From an uncultured Methanobrevibacter sp. (GTDB lineage: Archaea > Methanobacteriota > Methanobacteria > Methanobacteriales > Methanobacteriaceae), in NCBI GenBank assembly GCA_902463315.1, contig CABQFB010000001.1:28130-92129 (forward strand): a DNA stretch of 64,000 nucleotides, written 5' to 3'. This document shows positions 29,881 through 40,099 of the stretch, piece by piece. The notes under the pieces are model-generated. The model did no database searches. It worked only from the letters and a program-made list of their open reading frames with translations, and was not told the origin of the DNA. The stretch's first letter is position 1. The number at the start of each line of letters is the position of its first letter. Made by a program: the position numbers and the translations under genes.

Positions 29881-30678
29881 ATGAAGACTACAAATAAAAT
29901 AATTATTGCAGTTGTTGTAATTATAGCAATTATTGCAGTAGGTTTGTATGCTACCGGTACTTTTGGTAGCTCTGACAATACTTCAGGTGAAGTAAATTTA
30001 GCTGCTGCTGCTAGTTTAAAAAACGTTTATGACGACAAATTAATTCCTATGTTTGAAGAAAAGTATCCTGGAATAAAAGTTACTCCTACATATGCTTCTA
30101 GCGGAGATTTAGTAAAACAGATTGAAAACGGATTAGATGCGGACGTGTTTATGTCTGCTGGTAATAAACAGATGAACACATTAATTAATGAAAGTTTAGT
30201 GGATAATAGTTCCAACATTAAGTTTTTAGAAAATAAACTTGTTTTAATAGTGCCTGCTGACTCAAAAACTAATGTTACTTCATTTGAAGATTTAAAAAAT
30301 GTAAATGGTACTATTGCTATTGGTAATCCTGATTCAGTACCTGCTGGACAATATGCTAATGAATCATTACATAATCTCGGTATTTGGAATGATGTTGAAT
30401 CCAGATTATCTTTAGCTACAGATGTAACAGCTGTATTGAATCAAGTGGCTGATGGATCTGCTGAGTATGGTCTTGTATATGCTACTGATGCTAAATCAAA
30501 TGATAAAGTTAAAGTAGTTTGTGAAGCTCCTGAAGATTCTTTAAAAACTATTGTTTATCCAGTAGCTCCACTTAAAGACGCTCAAAATGATACTGCTACA
30601 ATAAAATTCTTAGAATTCTTACAAAGTCAAGAAGCTAAAGATGTATTTGTTGAATATGGATTTACTATCCATAATTAA
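29881..30678 (+). CDS. modA: Molybdate ABC transporter substrate-binding protein
   Basis: Signal anchor followed by ...LAAAASL...YASSG...AIGNPDSVPAG..., the ModA family pattern. Confidence 0.8.
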   Translation: MKTTNKIIIAVVVIIAIIAVGLYATGTFGSSDNTSGEVNLAAAASLKNVYDDKLIPMFEEKYPGIKVTPTYASSGDLVKQIENGLDADVFMSAGNKQMNTLINESLVDNSSNIKFLENKLVLIVPADSKTNVTSFEDLKNVNGTIAIGNPDSVPAGQYANESLHNLGIWNDVESRLSLATDVTAVLNQVADGSAEYGLVYATDAKSNDKVKVVCEAPEDSLKTIVYPVAPLKDAQNDTATIKFLEFLQSQEAKDVFVEYGFTIHN

Positions 30679-30733
30679 TATTTTCATTTTTTAAAAGAAA
30701 TATGAACTAACTGATATATTTTAAGTGAGATAC

Positions 30734-31408
30734 ATGATGGATTGGACACCAATTTTTATTTCAATGAAAACTGCAAGTTTGTCAATTTTCATAACCTTTT
30801 TCATAGGTTTAATTGTAGCTTGGGTTATTGTTAAAATTAAAAATGATGCAATAAAGATAGTCCTTGACGGTATTTTCACACTGCCTCTTGTATTGCCACC
30901 TACTGTTGTAGGATTCTTCTTACTATACATTTTTGGAGTAAGAGGGCCTATAGGTAGCTTTTTCATAGATTTTTTCAGTGTTAAAATAGCGTTTTCATGG
31001 TATGCAACTGTTATTGCTGCTGTGGTCATGTCTCTCCCTTTAATGTATCGTTCTGCTAGAGGAGCGTTTGAACAGGTGGACTCTAACCTAATAGATGCAG
31101 GTCGTACATTAGGTATGTCTGAATGGAAGATTTTTTGGAAAGTCTTGTTTTCAAATGCGCTACCTGGAATTATCAGTGGTGGAATTCTTGCATTTGCACG
31201 TGGTTTAGGCGAATTTGGAGCTACAGCTATGATTGCAGGTAATATTGCAGGACAAACTAGAACTCTCCCTATGGCAGTATACAGTGATGTAGCTGCAGGT
31301 AATATGGGGAGTGCTTTTAATTATGTAATATTCATTGTTATAATTGCATTTATTGTTATTTCCCTAATGGATTATGTTACAATACGCAAAGAGAAACAAT
31401 GGAAATAA
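30734..31408 (+). CDS. modB: Molybdate ABC transporter permease
   Basis: ABC permease EAA-like region ...AGRTLGMSEWKIFWKV... Confidence 0.8.
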   Translation: MMDWTPIFISMKTASLSIFITFFIGLIVAWVIVKIKNDAIKIVLDGIFTLPLVLPPTVVGFFLLYIFGVRGPIGSFFIDFFSVKIAFSWYATVIAAVVMSLPLMYRSARGAFEQVDSNLIDAGRTLGMSEWKIFWKVLFSNALPGIISGGILAFARGLGEFGATAMIAGNIAGQTRTLPMAVYSDVAAGNMGSAFNYVIFIVIIAFIVISLMDYVTIRKEKQWK

Positions 31409-31430
31409 GTTTTCTAGTGAGGATTGAATC

Positions 31431-32471
31431 ATGAGCAATAAAACCTTGAAAGTGAATGTCCAAAAGAAACTTAAGGAATTTGATTTAGAAGTGGATTTTA
31501 AATTAAAGAAAGGTTGTTTGGGGATTCTTGGACCTTCTGGTTGCGGTAAAAGTATGACTTTAAAGTCTATTGCAGGCATTGTAAATCCCGATGAAGGCAT
31601 TGTAAGTTTAACTACTCCTTACGAAGAAACTGTTTATTATGATTCCAGTAAAAAAATCAATATGAAACCTCAAAAAAGAAACGTAGGTTATTTATTTCAG
31701 AACTATGCTTTATTTCCTAACATGACTGTTGAAGAAAATGTAGCTGCTGGTTTATCTGAGGACGATGACGAAAAAATCGTATCTGAAATGATTAAGCGTT
31801 TTCATTTGGAAGGTTTGGAAAAAAGATACCCAAGACAATTGTCTGGAGGTCAGCAGCAGAGAGTTGCTTTAGCTCGTATTTTGGCTTATGGTCCAGATGT
31901 CATATTGTTAGATGAGCCTTTCAGTGCTATGGATACAGTATTAAAAGAAAAGCTACGCATAGAACTTGTTAATATGCTAAATAATTTTGACGGTTTATCT
32001 ATTTTAGTTACTCATGACCGTGATGAGGTATTCCAGTTCTGTGATGAACTTTTAATAATGGAAGAGGGTAAAATTATTGCAAAAGGTTTTACTCGTGAGA
32101 TATTTGAGGATCCGAAAAAAGTTCAAGTAGCTAAACTTACAGGTTGTAAAAACATTTCTAAAATTGAAAGGCTTGATGATTACCATCTTAAAGCGTTAGA
32201 TTGGAATATTGTATTGGAAGTATCTGAAAAGATTTCTGATAATATTTCTTATATTGGAATAAGAGCACATGATTTTTATTCTTCTAAAAAAGAGGGTAAT
32301 AATGTAATTGAGGTTAATAATGCAACTATTTTAGAAAAACCTTTTGAATGGGAAATAACTTTAGGAAATGGTCTGTGGTGGAAAGTTGATAAAAATATCC
32401 ATGAACATGAATTTGAGATTCCTAAGTATTTAAAAGTAGATTCTAAAAATATTATTCTATTGGAAGAATAA
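31431..32471 (+). CDS. modC: Molybdate ABC transporter ATP-binding protein with a C-terminal TOBE/Mop domain
   Basis: Walker A GPSGCGKS, ABC signature LSGGQQQRV, Walker B ILLDEP, and a ~120-aa C-terminal extension. Confidence 0.85.
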   Translation: MSNKTLKVNVQKKLKEFDLEVDFKLKKGCLGILGPSGCGKSMTLKSIAGIVNPDEGIVSLTTPYEETVYYDSSKKINMKPQKRNVGYLFQNYALFPNMTVEENVAAGLSEDDDEKIVSEMIKRFHLEGLEKRYPRQLSGGQQQRVALARILAYGPDVILLDEPFSAMDTVLKEKLRIELVNMLNNFDGLSILVTHDRDEVFQFCDELLIMEEGKIIAKGFTREIFEDPKKVQVAKLTGCKNISKIERLDDYHLKALDWNIVLEVSEKISDNISYIGIRAHDFYSSKKEGNNVIEVNNATILEKPFEWEITLGNGLWWKVDKNIHEHEFEIPKYLKVDSKNIILLEE

Positions 32472-32642
32472 TTACTATTTCTTATTTTACAATTTTAAAA
32501 AGACTTTTAATTTAATAATTAAGTATTAAATATAATATCGATTTTTTTTTAATTTATTTCATCTTAATCTTATATTTTTAAGGCAATTTTACAGCTTAAT
32601 TTTCTATTTAATTAATATATAGATTATATTTTAACTATAATC

Positions 32643-33512
32643 ATGTTATATGAATATATTTTAATTATACAGGTTATTATAACAATAATTTTTTGTTTAA
32701 TGGCTTCATTTTACGATATTAAAAAAGGCATTATTCATGATAAAATTTCATTATTTTTAATCATTTTTGGATTGTCTTCAAACTTTATATTATCATTGGT
32801 AACAAATAATTTTAAACATATTTTAGCTTCGGTTATCTCTTTATACTTGACATATATTGTTTGTTACCTTTTATGGAAACTGAAAATTTGGGGTGGTGGC
32901 GATGTTAAACTAATTTCAGGAATTGCTTCAATTATGCCCTTTTTTACAGGAATTCCTAATTTAAATATTTTTCCCGAAATGTCTGTTTATCCATTTTCAT
33001 TCTCTGTAATTGTAAATGCTATTTTAACATGTTTTCCATTTTTAGTTGCAATGATTTTTTATTTAAACATTAAGAATACAGTTTTTGATAAAAATGGTGA
33101 TTTATTTTTAAATTTGCTTAATTATAAGAATTTTTTATTCTTCATTAAGACAAATTTTAATAAATTTATCGAAATAAAGGATTTAAAAGAAGGCATGATT
33201 GTAAATGAATATTATTTCAATGACGAAAAGATTATTGATCTAATTGCTGACGTTGATGGAAATTTAAAGGTTTATAAGATTAAAGATGATAAAACCTACT
33301 CTTATTATTTTAAATCAGTAAGTGCAGGAGGTCTCACAGAAAAAGATGCAGTTCTTTTAAAGGTTATGAATTCTCAAGACATTATCTCCAACTATATTTC
33401 TGTTAAATTAGGTTTTCCCTTTGCTCCATTCATTACCTTAGGTTTGATTATAGCTATTTTCTTTGGCGATATTGTAATGATTATATCTAAACACATGTTT
33501 ATGGTGGTGTAA
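32643..33512 (+). CDS. Archaeal prepilin/preflagellin peptidase (A24 family)
   Basis: Polytopic membrane protein carrying the two catalytic Asp motifs: ASFYDIKKGIIHD and WGGGDVKL. Confidence 0.7.
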   Translation: MLYEYILIIQVIITIIFCLMASFYDIKKGIIHDKISLFLIIFGLSSNFILSLVTNNFKHILASVISLYLTYIVCYLLWKLKIWGGGDVKLISGIASIMPFFTGIPNLNIFPEMSVYPFSFSVIVNAILTCFPFLVAMIFYLNIKNTVFDKNGDLFLNLLNYKNFLFFIKTNFNKFIEIKDLKEGMIVNEYYFNDEKIIDLIADVDGNLKVYKIKDDKTYSYYFKSVSAGGLTEKDAVLLKVMNSQDIISNYISVKLGFPFAPFITLGLIIAIFFGDIVMIISKHMFMVV

Positions 33513-33515
33513 TAA

Positions 33516-33938
33516 GTGGATAATAAAGGGCAGTTGTCTGTGGAAGTTTTATTTCTTTTTGCAATTTCCATTGTTGTTTTGATTGTTTTTACAATACCTC
33601 TTGGTCATTTAGCTATTTCAGGCACTCTGGATATTGTCAATGTGTTAAATGCCGAAGCTGAGATTAATCAATTAGCTAATGGGGTTGATATGGTTTACTG
33701 TCAAGGGGCAGGTGCTAAAAGAGTTGAAACGATTGAATTAAATAAAGATTTAACTGTATTTGTTAAACCTAAATATTTATCTGGAGATATTGTTTTTGGT
33801 GATGGTAATATTAAGAGGATATCTGAAAACCATAAAGCTACTAATGTTTTTTCTAATTTATACCTTAGTAAAGGGATAAATAATGTTTTAATTAGTTGGG
33901 AAGAGGATTCCTCCAATATTGTCCTGAAAAAAATTTGA
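33516..33938 (+). CDS. Archaeal type IV pilin-like protein with a class III signal peptide (DUF361-like)
   Basis: N-terminus MDNKGQLSVEVLFLFAISIVVLIV: a KGQ/LS cleavage motif with a conserved E, followed by a hydrophobic helix. Confidence 0.6.
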   Translation: MDNKGQLSVEVLFLFAISIVVLIVFTIPLGHLAISGTLDIVNVLNAEAEINQLANGVDMVYCQGAGAKRVETIELNKDLTVFVKPKYLSGDIVFGDGNIKRISENHKATNVFSNLYLSKGINNVLISWEEDSSNIVLKKI

Positions 33939-34055
33939 TTTTTATTCTTATTTGTTAATAGTATTTATATATTTTAAACACAATATAATAATATAAGAGT
34001 TAATCTTATTTCATTTTATGAAAAACAATTAAAGTTTCTAATATTGGAGGGTATT

Positions 34056-34598
34056 ATGGCTGAAAATAAAGATATTAAAAACGATATTAAGAATTTAGAA
34101 GATTTTAAAATCGATATTAGAGAAACAATAAAAAATACAGTATTAAGTGGATATTTAGATGAGTGTTATTATGTTTCTCCTTTAAATAACAATGAAGCAC
34201 AGACCACAATTGTTGAGTTATTGGGCTTGTCATTTGATGATATTATACATTTAGATCAAAAATTTTTTGATAAAGTATTTGAATGCTTAAATAATGATGG
34301 AATTTATATAACTCTGGCATTTGTTGAGAGAAAAACAAAAAATGAATTTTTAATAAAATCTGGAGATAAAGAAAAGAGAATTTTCATTGATTCACATCGT
34401 GATGATGTATTGGAACAGGAATTTGGAACTATTGACTTTGAGCATGTTGATTTTGGAATGAAAATTACCAAATATGAAATTAGCTATGGCATACGCCATC
34501 CTGGTGATTCGATGCCATCATCTCCACCATATTTTGAAAAATACGATTTAAATAAAGAGATGATGAATTTAATTAAGGACACAATTGTTTTTAAATAA
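34056..34598 (+). CDS. Hypothetical protein
   Basis: Intact ORF. The ATG at 34056 lies 5 nt after GGAGG. Confidence 0.4.
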   Translation: MAENKDIKNDIKNLEDFKIDIRETIKNTVLSGYLDECYYVSPLNNNEAQTTIVELLGLSFDDIIHLDQKFFDKVFECLNNDGIYITLAFVERKTKNEFLIKSGDKEKRIFIDSHRDDVLEQEFGTIDFEHVDFGMKITKYEISYGIRHPGDSMPSSPPYFEKYDLNKEMMNLIKDTIVFK

Positions 34599-34825
34599 AA
34601 TTTCAAATTCAGTCATGCAAACAATAGAATAATAATAGTTTATATTTTAATATTATTGTTTATTTTTGGATTTATTTCATTTTTAAATTACTTTTTTTAT
34701 TATTTGCCTTAAATTACATTTTTTTAGCAATTTTTTCTATTTTCTCATTATTTTATTCAAAACTTTTATTTATTAATTAATAATAAAAGTAATTATAAGA
34801 ATAATTTTAATGGCGAGTGAATTAT

Positions 34826-35623
34826 ATGGATATTTTAACAGCGGCTATTTATATAGTCTTATTTATTATAATGATGATTTTTATTTTTTCAATTGGAATG
34901 TTAAAGCCATTCATGCCTAAAAAGGAAGTAGCACTTGTTTTAGTATGTGCTTTTGTTATTGGCTGTATAGGGGGTGTTTTCTTTTTATCACCACTTTATG
35001 ATGAAGTTCCAGAGGTTGTCAGTACCTTTGAGAAAGTTGTACCAACTAATAATGAAACAATGTTTTTGGATCTTTCATCTGCTTCAGATATTGATGGTTT
35101 AAAAGAGAATTTAACAAAAATGGATGGTGTTTATTCTTTTGAAGAAACGGGAATAACGTTTTATATGTGGCATTTCACGGATAAAGAAATGGATTGGATG
35201 AATAGTGTTCTACAGAATCTAGATAGTAATTATAAGAATTTTACAATTAATGAAAGTGGTAGAATCGATATTGACTTAAAGCCTGGTTACGATGCTATGG
35301 ATGGTCTGAAGTCTTTCTCTGGATGGTATACTGAAGTGTATGAAGGCACTATATCCTATGCTCAGGTTCATGTTAAGGTTGTTTTATCTTCCTCAGCTTT
35401 TGATTCTGTAAGTGATTATTTGCTCCAAAGAGGTATTGTTCCTTCTAAAGTCGAAGGACCTATTCAAGATAGTATTAATCAAACTAACACTACTATGTTA
35501 AACTATGGTGAATTTGTACTTCTTTCTGGAGGTATTGGAGTTATTGTAGCATTAATGGGTATTTACTTCGATAATGTTGTTGTTCTATTTAGAAAACTCA
35601 AAATAGGAAAGCGTAAAAAATGA
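34826..35623 (+). CDS. Membrane protein with an extracytoplasmic domain, hypothetical
   Basis: Two N-terminal TM helices and one C-terminal. The stop overlaps the next gene's start (ATGA). Confidence 0.4.
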   Translation: MDILTAAIYIVLFIIMMIFIFSIGMLKPFMPKKEVALVLVCAFVIGCIGGVFFLSPLYDEVPEVVSTFEKVVPTNNETMFLDLSSASDIDGLKENLTKMDGVYSFEETGITFYMWHFTDKEMDWMNSVLQNLDSNYKNFTINESGRIDIDLKPGYDAMDGLKSFSGWYTEVYEGTISYAQVHVKVVLSSSAFDSVSDYLLQRGIVPSKVEGPIQDSINQTNTTMLNYGEFVLLSGGIGVIVALMGIYFDNVVVLFRKLKIGKRKK

Positions 35624-36303
35624 AAGTAGCTGTTTTATTTTCTGGTGGAAAAGATAGTACAATGGCATTATATAATGCCTTGGAAAATGGTGATGATGTT
35701 GAATACCTCCTTTCAATGGAGTCAATTAATGATGAATCATATATGTTCCACGTACCTAACATCCACCTTACTAATTTACTTGCTGAAGCGATTGAAATTC
35801 CTATTATCATAGCTAATACTAGTGGAATTAAAGAAGCCGAACTTGAAGATTTAAAAAGGGAGTTTCAAAAGCTTAAAAATTTGGGCATTGAAGGTATATA
35901 TACTGGGGCATTATATTCAGAGTATCAAAAATCTAGAATTGAAAAATTGGGTTTGGAAGTTGGTCTTGAAATCATATCGCCATACTGGCATGTAAATGAA
36001 CTGGAATATATGAAAGAAATAGTTTCATTAGGTTTTAAAGTTATAATTAGCGGAGTATTTGCGGATGGTCTTGATGAATCATGGTTAGGTCGTGAAATAG
36101 ATGACACTGCTATTGAAGAAATAGTTGAATTAAATAAAAAATATTATGTTGATATTGCTTTTGAAGGTGGAGAAGCAGAAACCCTTGTTATTGACGGACC
36201 TATTTTCAAAAAATCAATTGAAATTTTAGATGCAGAAAGAAAATGGAATTATGATAATGGTGTTTATATAATAAATAATGCTAGTCTTGTTAACAAACAC
36301 TAA
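35620..36303 (+). CDS. MJ0570-family ATP-binding protein (Dph6-like diphthine-ammonia ligase N-domain)
   Basis: MKVAVLFSGGKDST PP-loop and the overall alpha_ANH-like profile. Confidence 0.65.
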   Translation: MKVAVLFSGGKDSTMALYNALENGDDVEYLLSMESINDESYMFHVPNIHLTNLLAEAIEIPIIIANTSGIKEAELEDLKREFQKLKNLGIEGIYTGALYSEYQKSRIEKLGLEVGLEIISPYWHVNELEYMKEIVSLGFKVIISGVFADGLDESWLGREIDDTAIEEIVELNKKYYVDIAFEGGEAETLVIDGPIFKKSIEILDAERKWNYDNGVYIINNASLVNKH

Positions 36304-36842
36304 GGTTTTATTATTACATTTAAATAATCATTAATTTTTTTAACATAGCTTTCTAAATCAGTTTCATTGATAATGATTTTATCTGATAATGCTATAACTG
36401 ATCCAATTCCAAAATTAAGTTCCATCTGATCTCTTTTTACAAATTCATCATAATTTTTAGAGTCATCGGTTCTTTTTCTTTGTTTCAGTCTTTCAAATCT
36501 TAATGTTGGATTTGCAAATATCGAAAGGACTTTAAAGTCATTAAAATTATTTTTAAAAAGATTAATTTCAAAAGGGCTACGAATGCCTTCAATAATTATT
36601 AAACTGCTTTTATTTTCTTCAATAAGGATTTTAACTTTTGTAATTGTAAGTTCTGCAACTATATTAGGACCATATTCTTCTCTTAATTTTTTAGCAGTTG
36701 TTTTTGTATCTTCATTTCTTTTTTTAGCTTCCTCACGGATAATATCTCCCATACTAACTATTTCTCCACCTTTCTCAATAGCTATTTCAGAAACTAAACT
36801 TTTTCCAGATCCAGGCATTCCAGATATTCCCATAACTTGCAT
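36300..36842 (-). CDS. UPF0200-family P-loop nucleotide kinase (dephospho-CoA-kinase-like)
   Basis: GISGMPGSGKS Walker A, 180 aa. It is the last gene of a 5-gene minus-strand operon. Confidence 0.6.
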   Translation of the reverse strand: MQVMGISGMPGSGKSLVSEIAIEKGGEIVSMGDIIREEAKKRNEDTKTTAKKLREEYGPNIVAELTITKVKILIEENKSSLIIIEGIRSPFEINLFKNNFNDFKVLSIFANPTLRFERLKQRKRTDDSKNYDEFVKRDQMELNFGIGSVIALSDKIIINETDLESYVKKINDYLNVIIKP

Positions 36843-36851
36843 TATTTTTCA

Positions 36852-37598
36852 CTACTCTTCTTCTTTTATTTTAAATTCTTCTAATGAATCTTTAAGGTTT
36901 TCTTTATTATTGAAATTTTCTATTAAATCTCTTAAAAGAACATTGTCCTGTTCTTTAAGATCTTCGGCTATCTGTATCATCATTGGTACTGCACGAATTA
37001 TATTATCTACAATGGAAACATTTGATTTAATTGAAGTTCTAGATAATGGGTTTAAGTCTATTGTAATTATACTTTTACCAGTTTTAGCAAGTATTTCAGC
37101 TCTATCTCCATCTTCTAATGGCACAAGTATGGCATCTGCATCATATATTCCATCTTTACTTGCTGTTGCTCTTGGATTCTCAATACCCTTTAGGTTTTTA
37201 AGGGTATCTTCATCGGTTCCAAGTATATTTTCATATCCAAGTTTTTTATAAACTTCAGCAATCTTTTCTACACGTTCTGGTGTTCTGTAGAATAAATTGA
37301 TTTCTATTTTAGCATCAAGTACTTTGGCTAGTTTAATAATATCATTTGCTACTAAAGCTGTTGTATTTCCATTCACAGAAATAACAGGGTCCTTTGCAAG
37401 TAACATAGTGGCAATTGCAACATACATGGCTCTTTTAGCCGGGAGTGTAGTTTTTTCACCAAGCAAATAGTCAAACGCTTCCCCTCTTCCATGAGCAATT
37501 AGTGCTGATGGCGCTAGAATTCCATCTTCGTTTGCCTTTACCATTTTATCTCTAATTAATAAAGATTCATATCTTGGATGATTTTTTGGTACTGTCAT
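36852..37598 (-). CDS. 4-phosphopantoate--beta-alanine ligase (archaeal phosphopantothenate synthetase, COG1701-like)
   Basis: Contains ...APSALIAHGRGEAFDYLLGE... with ~248 aa overall, as in archaeal phosphopantothenate synthetase. The call is family-level, made by eye. Confidence 0.6.
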   Translation of the reverse strand: MTVPKNHPRYESLLIRDKMVKANEDGILAPSALIAHGRGEAFDYLLGEKTTLPAKRAMYVAIATMLLAKDPVISVNGNTTALVANDIIKLAKVLDAKIEINLFYRTPERVEKIAEVYKKLGYENILGTDEDTLKNLKGIENPRATASKDGIYDADAILVPLEDGDRAEILAKTGKSIITIDLNPLSRTSIKSNVSIVDNIIRAVPMMIQIAEDLKEQDNVLLRDLIENFNNKENLKDSLEEFKIKEEE

Positions 37599-37604
37599 AA
37601 TAAT

Positions 37605-37988
37605 TCACCTTAGTTCAATTTCCATTTGTGCTAAATATCCAATAAATGTTGTTATTAGTGGAATCATAATTAACATTGATATTATGTGTATTGGATAGTT
37701 CTCAATAATTGGGTTATGATTATTTATCAATTCTAAAAATAAAGCATCACATATTAAATCGATTATAAATAATATTATACCTAGCTTCAATCCTTCAATT
37801 ACTTCATTTGAGTCAAAATTTCTAATGTAGAGTACTGTTAAAATAGTTGTCACAATAATAATTGATAATGGAATAGTTATATCAATATAGGGTAAATCAT
37901 CAGTAATAAAATGATTTAATATAACTGTAATTAAATATATTAAACCCCATTCCAGTATTCCATAAGTTAGAGCTAGTTTAAGTTTCAT
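37605..37988 (-). CDS. Small polytopic membrane protein, hypothetical
   Basis: Four hydrophobic segments, 127 aa. Confidence 0.4.
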   Translation of the reverse strand: MKLKLALTYGILEWGLIYLITVILNHFITDDLPYIDITIPLSIIIVTTILTVLYIRNFDSNEVIEGLKLGIILFIIDLICDALFLELINNHNPIIENYPIHIISMLIMIPLITTFIGYLAQMEIELR

Positions 37989-38000
37989 TTCTCCAATCCT

Positions 38001-39374
38001 TTATGCATGTTTTATTTGAGTATAATTTGAGATTTCACTGTTAAATGTTGCAAGATCTTTAATATCCATTTCATGAATATCGTCATGACCAGTGATTCTT
38101 GCAAAAGTTTTTAAATCTTCAGTTGAAGACTTTAAGAAGTTATATAATCTTGCTGATCCATGATCTATTTTCAATCTTTCACGTAATTGTTTATTTTGTG
38201 TTGCAACTCCAACAGGACATTCTCCAGTATCGCATATACGGTATTGTTGACATGCAGTGGCAATAAGTGCTGCACTTCCAATAGCTATTCCATCAGCCCC
38301 CATAGCTAGTGCTTTTGCAAAATCGGAGGAAACTCTTAAACCACCAGTAATTATTAGTGAAACATCAGATGCATGTTCATCAAGGTATTTGCGAGCTCTG
38401 CTTAGGGCATATATTGTAGGGATAGATGTTGAATCTCTTACTAGCTTTGGGCTTGCTCCAGTTGCTCCTCCACGGCCATCAAAAGTAATAAAATCAGGGT
38501 CACTGTAAAGTGCAAATTCTAGATCATCTTCTATTCTCCCTGCAGCTATTTTTAAACCAATCGGACGACCATTTGATCTGTTTCTAAGTTCACTTACAAG
38601 CTCTTTTAAATCATCTTTTGTTTCAACTCCAGGAATATTAGCTGGTGAATGAATATCTTCTCCTATAGGTTTTCCACGAACGTCAGCTATTTCCTTTGTA
38701 ACTTTAGATCCTTGTAATTGTCCACCAAGTCCTGGTTTAGTACCTTGTCCTATTTTTATTTCAATAGCGCTTGACTTTTGAAGATTTTCATCAGTTACAC
38801 TATACTGGTTTGGAACATATTCGAAAATATATTTGTAGGAATTATTCAATTCTTCAGGTAGAATACCTCCTTCTCCACTGCACACTGCTGTTTTTGCCAT
38901 AGCTGTTCCTTTAGCTAATGCGATTTTAGTTTCTTTAGATAATGCACCATATGACATATGGGTTACATATATTGGTGTTTCAAGAACCATTGGTTTTTCA
39001 GCATTTTTCCCAATAACTGTTTGCGTATTAACCGGAACATCATTTTCTAATGGATGGGGATTTAATTGACAACCGAGAATAAGAATGTCATCCCAAGTAG
39101 GCATTTCCATCAATGTACACATAGAAGCAATTGGACTTTCACCTGTAACAGCTATCTCATGAATTGTGTTCATGTAACGTATATTGGAGTCTTTTCTTAG
39201 ATGGTCATAAGCTAAATCAGTAGAATTTTCTACAATTTCTTCTTCATCACTTTCTACTGGAACGAACTCTTCTACTGACTGTTTACATGTTGGGCAATGT
39301 TTTAAAGAATTAAGGGCAATACCCATTTCTTCTTCATCAATAATTCTTCCACATATCTTACATTTGTATTTCAT
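38001..39374 (-). CDS. Glutamate synthase large-subunit domain-2-like FMN protein with an N-terminal zinc ribbon
   Basis: CKICG...CPTC N-terminus. The central region matches the GltB FMN/Fe-S domain (GEGG...; ...GGTGA... the amino-acid motif in DGRGGATGAS; C-terminal cysteines). Confidence 0.75.
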   Translation of the reverse strand: MKYKCKICGRIIDEEEMGIALNSLKHCPTCKQSVEEFVPVESDEEEIVENSTDLAYDHLRKDSNIRYMNTIHEIAVTGESPIASMCTLMEMPTWDDILILGCQLNPHPLENDVPVNTQTVIGKNAEKPMVLETPIYVTHMSYGALSKETKIALAKGTAMAKTAVCSGEGGILPEELNNSYKYIFEYVPNQYSVTDENLQKSSAIEIKIGQGTKPGLGGQLQGSKVTKEIADVRGKPIGEDIHSPANIPGVETKDDLKELVSELRNRSNGRPIGLKIAAGRIEDDLEFALYSDPDFITFDGRGGATGASPKLVRDSTSIPTIYALSRARKYLDEHASDVSLIITGGLRVSSDFAKALAMGADGIAIGSAALIATACQQYRICDTGECPVGVATQNKQLRERLKIDHGSARLYNFLKSSTEDLKTFARITGHDDIHEMDIKDLATFNSEISNYTQIKHA

Positions 39375-39378
39375 ATTT

Positions 39379-39909
39379 TTAATCTCCCACTATTTTACCG
39401 TTTATTATTTTATTTCCTTCATGTTCAAGTAGAATTCTTTTATAATAATTTCTCGCATCACCCGCAAAACCTCCAATTTCATTATTTCCTTTAATAGTTC
39501 TGTGGCAAGGAATAATAATTGGAAAAGGATTGTTTCTAAGGGCATTTCCAACAGCACGTGATGCTTGAGGATTATTAATAGCTATCGCTAAATCTTTATA
39601 ATAATTTGTTCTGCCGAAGGGTGTTTTAAGTTGCTCCAATAAAACTTCTCTTTGGAAATCTTTACATTTATCTAAGTTAAGATTATGCAAATCAAATTTA
39701 TAGTCTTTAGCTTTAAAGTAGCTGTGTAAAAACTTTTCCACTTCATTTACTATATCAGCTTTTTCTAATTCGAGAGGACCATATTTTTTGTAAGCTAAAC
39801 TTACAGAATCTTCATCAGGATTGGTTAGAATCAATTCTTCAATTTTTTCATTGAATATAACTGAAACAGGTCCAATTAAATCAGTTTTAATATTCCATTG
39901 TCTATACAT
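39379..39909 (-). CDS. ogt: Methylated-DNA--protein-cysteine methyltransferase
   Basis: Active-site IPCHRTI (PCHR) motif and a C-terminal HTH. Confidence 0.8.
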   Translation of the reverse strand: MYRQWNIKTDLIGPVSVIFNEKIEELILTNPDEDSVSLAYKKYGPLELEKADIVNEVEKFLHSYFKAKDYKFDLHNLNLDKCKDFQREVLLEQLKTPFGRTNYYKDLAIAINNPQASRAVGNALRNNPFPIIIPCHRTIKGNNEIGGFAGDARNYYKRILLEHEGNKIINGKIVGD

Positions 39910-40099
39910 TGCTTAATTATATATTATAGAAAATTATTTTTATAAATTTATCTAAAGTTAAGTGTTAATAAATAGTTATAAAAATAAATATAAATGTAAG
40001 GTTACCTTCAACACATAAGTAAAAAGGAATTAGATTAATTTCATTAATTTTATAGTAAAGTATTTTTAAAATATTTATCTAAAGTTAATTGTGAGAAGT

